This document shows positions 22,039 to 34,120 of a DNA stretch of 64,000 bases, piece after piece; position 1 is the stretch's first letter, and every line of letters starts with the position of its first letter. The position numbers and the translations under genes were made by a program. The notes under the pieces are model-generated. The model saw nothing but the letters and a program-made list of their open reading frames with translations. It did not search any database and was not told the origin of the DNA. The DNA is from Pachysolen tannophilus NRRL Y-2460 (Eukaryota), in assembly GCA_001661245.1 (NCBI GenBank), contig KV454011.1, forward strand, positions 1,652,041 through 1,716,040. Direction: 5' to 3'.

Positions 22039-23118
22039 TCAATGTCCAATGATATTAGTGCCGGAGTTGTTCAGGAGATGTTCTTCATCGATTCTTTGGA
22101 TCCAGTCAACTACAACTTCAACAAACAGTTTTGGATTCTCGCTTATCAACCAATGAGCTGCTTTAACATCTCTAGTTTCAAATCTTGGGAAAAATCTACC
22201 CACTTTATCCAAGACATCATCAGCTACATATGGAGAGTACTCACCTCTTATGAATAAAGCTGGGCCTGACCACCGTACAACTTCACTATCAAATGGGAAG
22301 TCACTGATGTTGTCCAAGTTTCTACCAATTATATCCAATGGGACTTTGGAATAGAAAATTGGTTCTCCTTCTTTTGGAGATGATACTCTTTTCAAATTGC
22401 TCAGTAAAAACTGCCTGACTGGAAGCTTGTCTTCAACGGTACTCAATATTTGATCTACATCTTTTAAATTTTTCACAACCGGGTTTGTTTGTTTAGTAAT
22501 CTTCATGAGTTCTCTGACGTAAAATCCAAATTTACTAAACCCAGTAGATCCACCAGTGTTATCGATCGGTGCATTGTCAACAGAGATAAGCAGACTAAAA
22601 GCTTTTGGTCTTCTCAATACACAAGCCATTGCAGTCTTTGCACCCATTGAATGTCCAATCAATATTGGCTTTTCAAGCTTTTTCGTTATGCAAAATTGTT
22701 CAACATCAGCTGCTAACGCTGGATAATCATGTCTATTTATATGCGGTGAATCACCATGATTTCTCAAGTCTAAACAATAAACATCACGATTCAACAATCT
22801 TGCCAATTGTTTCGAAACAGCTCTATTATTCAATTTATTTCCAAAAAGTCCATGTAAAAAAACAATTGGCTGATTCTTAGGTTTGGGATGAAATTTATCT
22901 TCAGGAGGTGAATGTTTATCAAACTCTAGAGGCACAGTATCAATATCCAATGATAACGAATCTCCGAGGTTTCTCTTGGAATGGCTTGCTAATGAAGTTG
23001 GTGTACCATCATAGGTTATATGTCTTACTGCTGAACTTGCTAAGAAAAATCTTGAGTTGGGTGAAGAAACAACAAATCTCGGGAATGATAATCTCAATGA
23101 CGATATCATCATCATCAT
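22039..23118 (-). CDS. IMO32: Mitochondrial alpha/beta hydrolase (Imo32/Eat1, ABHD11 family)
   Basis: LHGLFGNKLNNR, DLRNHG.SPH, GHSMG nucleophile, AAHW; presequence-like N-terminus beginning with four tandem ATGs. Confidence 0.82.
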   Translation of the reverse strand: MMMMISSLRLSFPRFVVSSPNSRFFLASSAVRHITYDGTPTSLASHSKRNLGDSLSLDIDTVPLEFDKHSPPEDKFHPKPKNQPIVFLHGLFGNKLNNRAVSKQLARLLNRDVYCLDLRNHGDSPHINRHDYPALAADVEQFCITKKLEKPILIGHSMGAKTAMACVLRRPKAFSLLISVDNAPIDNTGGSTGFSKFGFYVRELMKITKQTNPVVKNLKDVDQILSTVEDKLPVRQFLLSNLKRVSSPKEGEPIFYSKVPLDIIGRNLDNISDFPFDSEVVRWSGPALFIRGEYSPYVADDVLDKVGRFFPRFETRDVKAAHWLISENPKLFVEVVVDWIQRIDEEHLLNNSGTNIIGH

Positions 23119-23728
23119 CACAATCCAATCTATTTATCTTCTCAAATATTAATTGAAAACCAAACAAACTAAATCAATTAAATCAACTAAATGGAATTCT
23201 TCTATATACGATGTTCACCTCAATAACACTGCGGGAATTCGATTTTTTGATTTTTTTTTTTTTTTTTTTTTTTGTAAAATATCAAGAAAAATCAGCAAAT
23301 TGAATAGATTCTTGCCGCCCCTTTTTCCGGGGTCGCAGCTTAAACATCCGCCCAAATTCTGGGCGGTTGGGTTGATTCTGGCGGCTCAAAGAAGTTTTAA
23401 AATGACAATTCTATCTAAGTTAATTTACAAACCAGTTCAAGGCTATCATTAAATAGTAAAGTTATGAATAGATTGATTTTGAGATTTAAATTTGATATAT
23501 GAGAAAAAAAAAAATAGAGAAACAAATTAAATATCAAAAATCAAAAGAAAACAAGTAAAACAAGTACAGCAAGATCGAAAACACTAGTTAATGAAATAGA
23601 ATCAATGACAAACAGAACAAGGAATTAAAAGTAAAATAAAAATAAAAAAAGATTAAGCTAAAGACTAGAGTGTTAGTCAGAAACTTCCATTTTTTAAACA
23701 TTTAGATATATATATATGAATGTATAGT

Positions 23729-25510
23729 TCAATGATGGAAAAGACGAACAGGATTTTCAACATAAACAATGTCGTATGAATCTGCAGCAGCAACAACGGC
23801 CTCATCCATAACAGATCCCGATGCCGCAGCAATGAATTTAACACCCGATCTTGCTGCTCTGTAAACATTATCTGGGAATGGAAAGAAAGCGTCTGAGGAT
23901 AGAGCGACATTGGTCAATTTAGATAACCATTCTTTTCTTTCTTGGGAAGTTAAAGGTACTGGTAATTCAGCAAACTTAGACTCGTATTCTGATTTTTCTG
24001 GTTCTTCAGTTGGAACTTGACCAGTGACATACAAGTCAATTGCATTTGACTTATCTGGTCTCTTAACACCTTTAGCCCATTTGAAACCCAAGACTCTTGG
24101 ATGTTGACGTAACCACCAATTGTCTGCCTTATCACCTGCCAATCTAGTACAATGGATACGTGATTGTTGGCCAGCACCTAAACCAATTACCATACCATTC
24201 TTAGCGTAACATACCGAATTCGATTGTGTATATTTCAATGCAATTGTAGCAACAGTTAAATCAATTACAGCTTGTTCTGTCAAGTTTTTATTCTTAGAAA
24301 CAATTTCTTTAAAAGTAGATGCATTTATAATAGCATCATTCACCTTTTGTTGTAAAGTTATTCCATAAACTTCTCTTGATTCAACAGGGCCAGGAGTATA
24401 GTTTGGATCAATTTGTAAAATACAATATTTACCATTTTTTTTCTTTTTCAAAATTTCTAAAGCTTCAGGAGCAAAACCTGGTGCAATTACACCATCGGAA
24501 ACTTCTTTTGAAATGATTTTAGCAGTTGGTAAATCAACTATATTTGAAAGAGCTATCCAGTCACCAAAAGATGACATTCTGTCAGCACCTCTTGCTCTTG
24601 CATAAGCATTGGCTAATGGTGATAAATTTTCAATATCTTCAACAAAATAAATTTTTTTTTCAATATCTGATAATGGCAAACCAACAGCTGCACCGGCTGG
24701 TGAAACATGTTTAAACGAGGCAGCTGCTGGAAGGTTCAAAGAAGCAGATAATTGTTTTACCAATGGCCAAGAATTTAAAGCATCTAATAAGTTGATATAA
24801 CCAGGCGCTCCAGACAAGACTTTGAATGGTAATTCACCTTGTGAAACAAAAGCCTGTGCTGGTTTCTGATGAGGATTAGCACCATATCTCAAAGTCATTT
24901 GAGAAATACCTTCACTATATTGCTTTCTGAAAAAATCAGAAATTGTGGCATCATAATCTGCAGTATGTTCAAAAGCTTTTAAGGCAAATCTATTTCTTAC
25001 TTCTGAAGAAATTTCACCAGAGGCCAATTCTTCTAAAAATTTTGGATAATCTTTTGGATCTGATAAGATAGTAACTCTTGCATGATTCTTAGCAGCGGCT
25101 CTTAATAAAGTAACACCACCAATATCAATTTCTTCAACAGCTTCATCAACGGTAACATTAATTTTTGAAATTGTTTCCTTAAATGGATACAAGTTACAAA
25201 CAACAAAATCAACTTTTTCAATATGTTGATCAGCCAAATCTTTTTCATCACTTTCCAAATTTCTTGCCAAGATACCAGCATGAACAGCTGGATGTAAAGT
25301 TTTAACTCTACCGCCCAACATTTCAGGAGCATGAGTTATAGAAGAAACATCTTCAACTGGGAAACCAGCTTCTCTAACTAATTTTGCAGTACCTCCAGAA
25401 GCCAATAACCTGACATGGTTGGAAACTAAACCTTTAGCAAGATCCAATAATCCAGTTTTATCATAAACCGAAAGAATCGCAGTTTTATTATATGAAGTAG
25501 TGGTAGACAT
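23729..25510 (-). CDS. ADE17: Bifunctional AICAR transformylase/IMP cyclohydrolase (Ade16/Ade17)
   Basis: [48 protein letters not shown]. Confidence 0.97.
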   Translation of the reverse strand: MSTTTSYNKTAILSVYDKTGLLDLAKGLVSNHVRLLASGGTAKLVREAGFPVEDVSSITHAPEMLGGRVKTLHPAVHAGILARNLESDEKDLADQHIEKVDFVVCNLYPFKETISKINVTVDEAVEEIDIGGVTLLRAAAKNHARVTILSDPKDYPKFLEELASGEISSEVRNRFALKAFEHTADYDATISDFFRKQYSEGISQMTLRYGANPHQKPAQAFVSQGELPFKVLSGAPGYINLLDALNSWPLVKQLSASLNLPAAASFKHVSPAGAAVGLPLSDIEKKIYFVEDIENLSPLANAYARARGADRMSSFGDWIALSNIVDLPTAKIISKEVSDGVIAPGFAPEALEILKKKKNGKYCILQIDPNYTPGPVESREVYGITLQQKVNDAIINASTFKEIVSKNKNLTEQAVIDLTVATIALKYTQSNSVCYAKNGMVIGLGAGQQSRIHCTRLAGDKADNWWLRQHPRVLGFKWAKGVKRPDKSNAIDLYVTGQVPTEEPEKSEYESKFAELPVPLTSQERKEWLSKLTNVALSSDAFFPFPDNVYRAARSGVKFIAAASGSVMDEAVVAAADSYDIVYVENPVRLFHH

Positions 25511-26354
25511 TTAAAACAAAATTAAACAAAACCAAGCGAAAAACAACCAAATAAAAAAAAAATTATTTGACTTAATTAATTCAATTTTTCTTTCTTCAAT
25601 TCCAAAAACGAAATCAAACCAAGTTCAGGTGAAAAACAATTATATAATTATAATTAGAAATAAAAAAAAAGGTAAAAGAGTTTTAAAAAACTATGATTTA
25701 TGAGTTAAAGTAGTTGTAACTTTCTCATTTACAAAGAGACGCATTAATATATTATAAAAATTATAATTTTACACTACTGAAAATCCGAAGTCAAAAATTT
25801 TTCAAATCAGAATGAATACAAGAATTAGAACAAGACAAGTTGAAGTCTAAGGAATTGATGCGGATCTTTTAGCAAGCAGCATGAACGGGTTTAGATTTTT
25901 GCATTGCATGTCTTTGATTAAAAATTTTTGGTTATGGTTTAAAAAGTGTTTAGTAGAATATGAATATTATTTTGAGCACCCGCTCTTCCGTAAAGACTGG
26001 AGTCAGAATTTTAAATTCTAAATAAATTTTTTTTTTTTTTTTTTTTTTTTGCAGAACATCAGTCTATTTCATAGGTAAAGGATATCAATAATCTTCATTG
26101 ATATTATTAGCATTCAGTCTACAGTTGTTAATTCAAGTTCAAATCAAAAATGTAAAAAAATGACATTTAGTAGAAAAGAAAGAAAAAAGGAAAAAAAAAA
26201 AAAAAGAAAAAAAAAGTATTAGAAAATTATACAGGATTGAAAAAAAACACTTTAAATTCCTATTAGATAATTGTTATTATCAATAGCACCACCTCACAAT
26301 ATAATTTTTTTCACTAGTTTGAGAAAATACTTTTTAAATACACATGACTCAAAC

Positions 26355-26969
26355 TTATGAACGGTAACGCCATAAGGATAAAGTGTTGTGTTTCTTCCAG
26401 GTATGACGACGACCAGCCTTTGTGTTGTTGAACAAATGACCCTTGTTGATACCTCTTGATTTCTTACCAGTAGCAGTCAAACCTCTAGCTTCACGATGTT
26501 TGTGGACTGGGTTAGCAATCCAGTTGTATCTAGCATCTCTTCTAATAGCCTTATGTTGTGGGTCAACCAAGATAACTTCAAAGTATTTGTAGGTGGAATC
26601 TTGGTTAATCCAGTAGGAGTTCAAGACTCTCAAGTTGGCAGCTCTTCTACCAACACGCTCTTCAGCAGTAGATCTTAATGATCTTTGATATTTCAATTGG
26701 TTAACACCTTGGTTTGTTGGCTTACCGTAAGTAGCACCCTTTGGTACTGGTCTCTTTCTACCACCTCTTCTAACACGGACTCTGTAGATAACGAAACCTT
26801 GCTTGGCCTTGTAACCTAATCTTCTGGCCTTATCTGGTCTTGATGGTCTTGGTGCACGGTGAATAACATTCTTTTGTCTGTATTCCCAACATCTGACACG
26901 ATACAAGAATCTCATAACATCAGATTGCTTCTTTCTTTGCAACTCTTCTAAATATTTGTAGGCACCCAT
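26355..26969 (-). CDS. RPL15: 60S ribosomal protein L15 (eL15)
   Basis: [18 protein letters not shown]...LSLWRYRS, 204 aa, intronless. Confidence 0.99.
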   Translation of the reverse strand: MGAYKYLEELQRKKQSDVMRFLYRVRCWEYRQKNVIHRAPRPSRPDKARRLGYKAKQGFVIYRVRVRRGGRKRPVPKGATYGKPTNQGVNQLKYQRSLRSTAEERVGRRAANLRVLNSYWINQDSTYKYFEVILVDPQHKAIRRDARYNWIANPVHKHREARGLTATGKKSRGINKGHLFNNTKAGRRHTWKKHNTLSLWRYRS

Positions 26970-27094
26970 TTTCTCTTAATTTGATTTAATTTCTATTAAT
27001 TTTAAATTGTTTAAATTATAAAATATTTTAAATAATAAATAGAATATATATTAAATTAACTTTTTTGGTGAGAAAGTGAAAAAAGTGAAAAAAG

Positions 27095-27159
27095 TGAAAA
27101 ATTTTTTCTTGGTTCAGGCGAAAAACATAAAAAAAAAGTGGGTTTCTAGTGACACGTGA
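27095..27159. promoter_or_regulatory. RRPE (TGAAAAATTTT, 27095-27105) and Cbf1-type E-box (CACGTGA, 27153-27159) in the RPL15 promoter
   Basis: Exact motif matches 125-190 bp upstream of the RPL15 ATG. Both motifs are known in yeast ribosome-related promoters. Confidence 0.5.
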
Positions 27160-27772
27160 ACTCTAATTTTTTTTTTATTTTTTGTATTTTTTGTATGGGA
27201 AAGGTAAATAATTTAAGGAATCTGCCAAAATAGAGGGTAAATCAATATTACCTCAAATTAACATTTTTGTGACTTTTATTTCTGGTCGATATTGTTGTAT
27301 CCTTTTTGGGAGTTTGTGGTATTATGCACACTACTATAATATAGGCAAAAACAAAATCTGTTTTGTCTGCTTTTATGTGCATAAAGTTGCATGCGTTCCC
27401 TGTTATTCTTTTTTTTTTTTTTGACCATTTCATTACACAAATGAAAAAGACCCCCAATCCTAAAAGATCTGTATCCACAAAAATCATCCCCCTTAAGTGT
27501 GTTTAGAGTTACTCAGAGTATTCAGATACCAATTCTCTCTAGTGTTCATGTTTTGGGTTTGAGTTGATGGATGTATAGTTTGAAATCTTTTTTTTTCTTT
27601 TTTTTCGTTTCTTATATCATATCTATATATCTATATATCTATATATATATATTTGTTCTTCAAAGGGGGAAAAAATAGCACTTTTTAAAGTGTTATAAAA
27701 ATTAACTGCTATAGCTTAGCTTAATCTTCAATTCTTTTTTTTTTTTCTTTTTAATTTTGCTGATATTTGCAT

Positions 27773-29224
27773 ATGACAATTGACTCTAATTCTTCTATTC
27801 AGAAAAATGAAAAAAAGATCAGAGGGGTTGATAAGATTATTGAGAAGCAAGTAGCGACAGGTGAAACTTTCAAAGTAACAGACAATAAGCTTAAACTTGA
27901 TCCTAGTTTAATTCCTCAGCTTCGTTCTGGTACTTATTCTGGGTATCATCATGTAACTTGGTATGTTTCCAATGCTAAGCAAGCTGCTTATTATTTTATG
28001 AGTATTTTTGGATTCAAGCCTTATGCTTATAGAGGGTTAGAGACTGGTTCAAGAGCTGTTGTTTGTTATGTTGTGAAGAATGGGGATGCGATTTTTGAAT
28101 TTGCAAGTCCGTTGAAATCAGATTTTACCGAGACCGATAATGGAACAACAATTTCTCCTGAAGGTAATGGTAATTCTAATGCCAATGCCAAAGGTAATTC
28201 GTTATCATCAATGTCTAAGGTTAGTATGCATACTCAGAAGGAAATGAACAATTTGGTTATGGAAATGAATAATTTTATCCATAAACATGGTGACGGTGTG
28301 AAAGATGTTGCCTTTGCTGTTCAGAATGCAGAAGAAGTTTATAGGATATCTATTAAAGGTGGAGCAAAATCAATAATGAGACCAACTTTATATAAAGATT
28401 ATGATTTAAGATCATATGTAAAGATGGCAAAAGTTTCAGTATTTGGTGATACGGTCCATACTTTGGTTGAAAAAGGTGATAATTATAGTAGATTTTTACC
28501 AGAATATGAAATGGTTAATAATATCAATTTAAATGATAAAGAAAGTTTTAAAATAAGATTCCCAATTGTTGCTATTGAAAATTTTTTAAAACTTCCACCA
28601 GTTCATTTTTTAAAAATTGATCATTGTGTTCAAAATCAAGGTTGGAATGAAATGATTCCATCATGTGAATCATATGCTAAAACTTTTGGTTTCCATCAAT
28701 TTTGGTCTGTTGATGAAAAAGAAGTTTCAACAGAATTTTCAGCATTAAGATCAATTGTAATGTCATCACCAGATGATCAAATTAAAATGCCTATTAATGA
28801 ACCTGCTAAGGGACGTTGTAAATCTCAAATTGAAGAATTTTTAGATTATTATGAAGGTCCTGGTGTTCAACATATTGCAATTTTAACAGATAATATTATT
28901 GAAACAGTTTCTGCAATGAGACAAAGAGGTGCAGAATTTATTGATGTTCCTGAAAAATATTATACAAATTTATTACCTAGAATAATGGCTTCACCTGTAG
29001 AAATAAAAGAAGATTTGGGAATTGTTAAAAAATTAGGAATCTTGGTAGATTTTGATGATAAAGGTTATTTATTACAATTATTTACTAAACCTTTAGGTGT
29101 AAGACCGACAATTTTCATTGAAGTTATTCAAAGAAGAAATCATAATGGTTTTGGTGCTGGTAATTTTAAAGCACTTTTTGAAACTTTAGAAGGATTACAA
29201 AATGAAAGAGGTAACTTACATTGA
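27773..29224 (+). CDS. HPD: 4-hydroxyphenylpyruvate dioxygenase
   Basis: HGDGVKDVAF, IDHCVQN, SQIEEFLDYYEGPGVQHIA, YLLQLFTKP, FIEVIQR...GFGAGNFKALFE; first ATG at 27773. Confidence 0.95.
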   Translation: MTIDSNSSIQKNEKKIRGVDKIIEKQVATGETFKVTDNKLKLDPSLIPQLRSGTYSGYHHVTWYVSNAKQAAYYFMSIFGFKPYAYRGLETGSRAVVCYVVKNGDAIFEFASPLKSDFTETDNGTTISPEGNGNSNANAKGNSLSSMSKVSMHTQKEMNNLVMEMNNFIHKHGDGVKDVAFAVQNAEEVYRISIKGGAKSIMRPTLYKDYDLRSYVKMAKVSVFGDTVHTLVEKGDNYSRFLPEYEMVNNINLNDKESFKIRFPIVAIENFLKLPPVHFLKIDHCVQNQGWNEMIPSCESYAKTFGFHQFWSVDEKEVSTEFSALRSIVMSSPDDQIKMPINEPAKGRCKSQIEEFLDYYEGPGVQHIAILTDNIIETVSAMRQRGAEFIDVPEKYYTNLLPRIMASPVEIKEDLGIVKKLGILVDFDDKGYLLQLFTKPLGVRPTIFIEVIQRRNHNGFGAGNFKALFETLEGLQNERGNLH

Positions 29225-29247
29225 AAAAAAAAAAAAAAAAACAAAAA

Positions 29248-29649
29248 NNNNNNNNNNNNNNNNNNNNNNNNNNNNNNNNNNNNNNNNNNNNNNNNNNNNN
29301 NNNNNNNNNNNNNNNNNNNNNNNNNNNNNNNNNNNNNNNNNNNNNNNNNNNNNNNNNNNNNNNNNNNNNNNNNNNNNNNNNNNNNNNNNNNNNNNNNNNN
29401 NNNNNNNNNNNNNNNNNNNNNNNNNNNNNNNNNNNNNNNNNNNNNNNNNNNNNNNNNNNNNNNNNNNNNNNNNNNNNNNNNNNNNNNNNNNNNNNNNNNN
29501 NNNNNNNNNNNNNNNNNNNNNNNNNNNNNNNNNNNNNNNNNNNNNNNNNNNNNNNNNNNNNNNNNNNNNNNNNNNNNNNNNNNNNNNNNNNNNNNNNNNN
29601 NNNNNNNNNNNNNNNNNNNNNNNNNNNNNNNNNNNNNNNNNNNNNNNNN

Positions 29650-29734
<85 letters not shown>

Positions 29735-29758
29735 TATATNTNTTNTNTNTNTNTNTTN

Positions 29759-29799
<41 letters not shown>
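29248..29799. repeat. Assembly gap (29248-29649) followed by (TA)n, (TAA)n and poly(T) microsatellites
   Basis: Directly visible. Confidence 0.95.
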
Positions 29800-29803
<4 letters not shown>

Positions 29804-31460
29804 AATCTTCTTATATTCAGTTAGTTTTTTTTTCTCCCCCTTCCCTTATGGCTTTAATAATATTAATATACATATATATATTTCTTTTTTATATCAAATA
29901 ATTAAACAAATAAATAAAATTAGTCGGGATGACTTTATATAAAAGTTAATCATGGATGAAAAGCCTATACCTTAATTTTGAATTAAGGTAATCATTACTC
30001 TTTCCCCTTATTTTATATAATGTAGATATATGTAAATATATATATATATACGTCATAAAGGACCAATTTAGTGAGAATAAGATAAATTCAGGTACAAGGA
30101 AAGGAACATTTGAAAGGATTATGTTCAACTTTAGCCCCGCCTTCAAGAGATTTTATATACATTTTTGACGAGTAAAAAAATTTTCTTCTTATTGTTTCAA
30201 AATTGAATATTAAAAAATAATAATAATAATAATAAAAAAAACGAATTATTACCGGGAATTTAAAAGCTTAAAAAGCAAACTCGCATAATTTTTAATAAAT
30301 TGTCTGAGAGAAGGAGAAGAAAAAAAAAATAATTAAATAAGTGAATAACATTTGATCTTGATAGTTTTATTTTTTTTTGTTCATTTTGTAATTAGTTTAA
30401 AATCTTCAATAAAAGCAATACAAATTTTATATTTACACTAGTTTGATCAAGGTCATCAAACTTTTAAAATTAAAGACCGATCGCGAATCACATCTTGATT
30501 TACATCATTGTTTACTTTTTTCCCTACTAAACTTTGTATCACAGCCCTATTTCAACGATAACCCACCCAGTATTTTTAATAAATCTTTTCCATCACCAAC
30601 AATTTTTTGAATCCAGGAAACAAAAGAGAGTTAGTTATCCACATTTTTTATAAGATACTATGTGTCTGCCGAAAAAAATAAAAAAAAAACCCTACTAAAT
30701 TAGCTAATAGGTAATTGTAAATGATGCAATATTTCTTTAAGTGTTTTAGTTATTAAATAATAAATAGTGAGATTGTCTAAAATTTGAAATTTTTTATTTA
30801 TGTTTCTCGGGCTTTATGATGACGAAACTGTACAATGGTGCATAAGTTCCATATTAAGCTTTGAATTCCCGCGAATACCTGCATCAACATAAATCAACTT
30901 TGTTTACCAACAACATATATACATACAAGGAACCTCCTACTATGTTAATAATTAATAAACAAAGTTATCGAGAAGATACTAAATAAATAAGTACTTCGTT
31001 CAAAAATAATTAGTTTAAACAGATTACATTATAATATTCAAAGGTAATTATTTAGTATTTCTTAAAGAAACAGCGAATCTTTTTTTATTTTTTTTTAAAA
31101 AAAAGTAAAAGCTTAACCATAGAAGTTGCATCCTTTTGCATGCGATAGGGTTATGAAACAAATCTGGATAAAAATTCAGGCACGTCGTAACAAATACTAT
31201 ATTTTTTTTTTTTTTTTTTGAATACGTAATTGTTGGAATGCATTCCAATATAAAAAAATAAAAAAACCTTGATTGTATCCTTTAATCTTGTAGAATATAT
31301 ATACTTAAAGGTAAACTTTTACTTATTTGAAAAAAGACATAAAGAACAAGACAAGTTTAACAATCACTTTATTCATATACAACAAAGAATTTTAAAAAAA
31401 TCAAAGTGAAAAAAGAAAAAAAATTTTTTTTTTTTTTTTTATTTTAAAAAGTTTAACGAT

Positions 31461-31922
31461 ATGTCTTCAATAGCTATAGACACAGAAGCACTTGAAGCTT
31501 CTTCAAGTACTACCTCTACTAATGTTTATTATACTGGATTACAAAGAGGAACGTCTGTTGAGGATATTTCAAGCACAGAAGATGCAACAAGCATTGCTAC
31601 TCCAACATCCGATGTTATTTATATCTATTCTTCATTAGAAGAAGATACAACAGCATTAACTACAGACATACAAAGCACAAGTGCAGTGGAGTCATCGGAT
31701 TTGTCATCAATAACATCAGATACTTCTTCAATAGCAGATGCAAGTGCAAGCGAGAAAACTTCAGATTCGTCTTCTGCTCAAGCTGGTTCCAGCACTATAG
31801 ATTCATCATCAAGTTCTGGATCGGGAAGAAATTATAATATTCCTTCAGAAAACGGATGTAGAAAATTCAAATTGTTACTTTCAGGAATAGTTGGGTTAAG
31901 TATAGTCTTAGTTGGACTATAA
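31461..31922 (+). CDS. Small S/T/D-rich protein with C-terminal hydrophobic (GPI-signal-like or tail-anchor) segment
   Basis: 153 aa, Ser/Thr-rich, ends in SENG + basic spacer + LLLSGIVGLSIVLVGL; no N-terminal signal peptide. Confidence 0.65.
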   Translation: MSSIAIDTEALEASSSTTSTNVYYTGLQRGTSVEDISSTEDATSIATPTSDVIYIYSSLEEDTTALTTDIQSTSAVESSDLSSITSDTSSIADASASEKTSDSSSAQAGSSTIDSSSSSGSGRNYNIPSENGCRKFKLLLSGIVGLSIVLVGL

Positions 31923-32312
31923 TAATGACCCACTACTTTTCCTTCTTACTCCACTGAGTTTTATCAGTTTATACCCTATTGCATTTCATATAACGTATAT
32001 TCGCTATGTCATCTCATTTTCTTTTTCTTTTTAATTTTTTTTTTTAGCTATCCTGTGTTGTTCTTTTGTTGTTTCATAGAAAAAACGAGGTTTCCTGTTA
32101 GTATAGCACCGTCTATGTACGATTACTTTTATTTTTTTGTTGGTTTGCTTTCGGTTGTCTTTTAGTTTGTTAGATATTCAAATATAATGCTTTCTTCTTT
32201 TAATTAATTGGTCTCACTTGTTTCACTACTTTTATTCCAATTATCCTGAAATTTTGATATAAAATAATAATGGGTACTAATTATATTTTTAACTAAACTG
32301 CTCACTGTACTG

Positions 32313-32368
32313 AATACTAAATACTGAATACTGAATATTGAATATTGAATATTGAATACTAAATACTG
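32313..32368. repeat. 7-bp tandem repeat AATAYTR x8
   Basis: AATACTA AATACTG AATACTG AATATTG AATATTG AATATTG AATACTA AATACTG upstream of RPL22. Confidence 0.9.
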
Positions 32369-32718
32369 AACCTGGGGTAAACTTTATCTCAATACAGGTA
32401 CTAAATTGCAAGGATATTTTAGCCCTTAACTGCAACAATTTACCCTGCTTTGGTGTAATTTCCAGAACTACGGCGTATTTTGTAACACAATAATTTTTTT
32501 TTTGTTTTTTCCAAAATTTTTCAAAATTTTTCAGATTTTTCAAATTTTTCACATTGCAAGAAAAAAAAAAAAAATTTTTTTTTTGCTCGTCTTAGCAGTG
32601 TGTTAGCAGTGAAAATTTCTCTTAATTATTTATTCTTCTTTTATTTCTCTTTTACTTCTTTTTTTTTTTTTTCTTTTTATCATTCAAGACCAGATAAGTA
32701 AAGATCAAAGAATAAAAA

Positions 32719-33413
32719 ATGGCTCCAATCGTAGGTATATTCCAGACATAACGATTATGTTCAATATGATAAAAATGTTATAGTGATTCCTTCTTCTAGA
32801 ATGGGTCATATTTAACTATATTGAACACTAAATACTATTTTCATAAAATTCGTTTTAGAAATTTTGTTTAGTGAATGATGGATATGTTTTGAAAAAAAAA
32901 AACCAAAAACATACACATATTTTCAATGAAAGTTAAAGAGAACCCATTTCTTTTGAATAAAGGCTTTGCTGTTATTTTTATATGATTTAACATTTTTGTA
33001 TAAAAATTCAATTTGCAGTAGGCTAACAAAAATTTTTTTTTTTCTTTCTTTTTAATATATAGACCAAGAAATCCCAAAAAGTTGCAAAGAAGTTTGTTGT
33101 TGACTGTTCAGCTCCAACTGAAAATGGTGTTTTTGACCCATCTTCTTATGCTAAATACTTGATTGACCACATCAAGATTGATGGCCGTGTTGGAAACTTG
33201 GGTAATGACATCTCCGTTACTGAAGAAGGTTCCAAGATTGTTGTTGTATCCACTGCCAAGTTCTCTGGTAAGTACTTGAAATACTTATCCAAGAGATACT
33301 TGAAGAAAAACCAAATCAGAGACTGGATCAGATTTGTCTCTGTTAAGAAAAACACTTACCAATTGACTTTTTACTCAGTTGCTGGTGATGAAGAAGAAGA
33401 AGACGAAGAGTAA
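32719..33413 (+). CDS. RPL22: 60S ribosomal protein L22 (eL22); exon 1 32719-32730, intron 32731-33062, exon 2 33063-33413; 120 aa
   Basis: ATG GCT CCA ATC | GTAGGT...GGCTAAC (33021-33027)...TAG | ACC AAG AAA gives [30 protein letters not shown]. The ORF track shows only part of exon 2. Confidence 0.95.
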
Positions 33414-34120
33414 ACTAATTTAATCAATTAGTTTGTTTTTCGTGGTTTTCATATATATATATATACGTATAGTTGGGTTCTCTTTGTTTAAATCTTTTTT
33501 TTTCATTTGGTTTTATGTGTATTGATTGAATTTTATATTCGTAGAAGGTTTTTTTAAAAAAAAAAGAAAAGAAAAGAGCTTATCGAAAGTATATGTATAT
33601 TAATCTTGATTTTGTAGAATATTAACTTGTCTCTGATTGTTTCAAACCCTCTTTATCATTGTACAAAGACGATCGATGGTAAAGATGGTGATTACGATAA
33701 TAACATGATAACACCAGTGGTAATATTGATGGTGATGGCTCTTAAAAGGGTAGTGTGAAATCTAACAAATCAATCTTAGATGAGATTATTTACGCTTAGT
33801 TAGATTTAAACTAAATCTTCACAAGGTTTTAACAATATATAGAGATTTTTATTAAAAAGAGTAGATATATATATAGATATATATAATTAGAATATCGCAG
33901 CGCTGTTGTGAACTGGAGTCGCCATTTAGTATTTATTCTAGAAGGTTTAGAGACAGAAACTAGAGTTTTTTTTATATTGGGGTTTTGTTATTTGATTGCT
34001 AGTTTCACTAGGTCAATTTAAACAAGAATACACGCGTGCGTAAACTTGAAATCTGAAACTTGACCTACTCGTCAAGTAGGGGTTGATTTCACATTAGTTT
34101 GCAGTTAATTTGAGGCAAAA

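Noticed and set aside
29202..29805. ORFs spanning the N gap and microsatellites
   Set aside because: Open only because of Ns and simple repeats.
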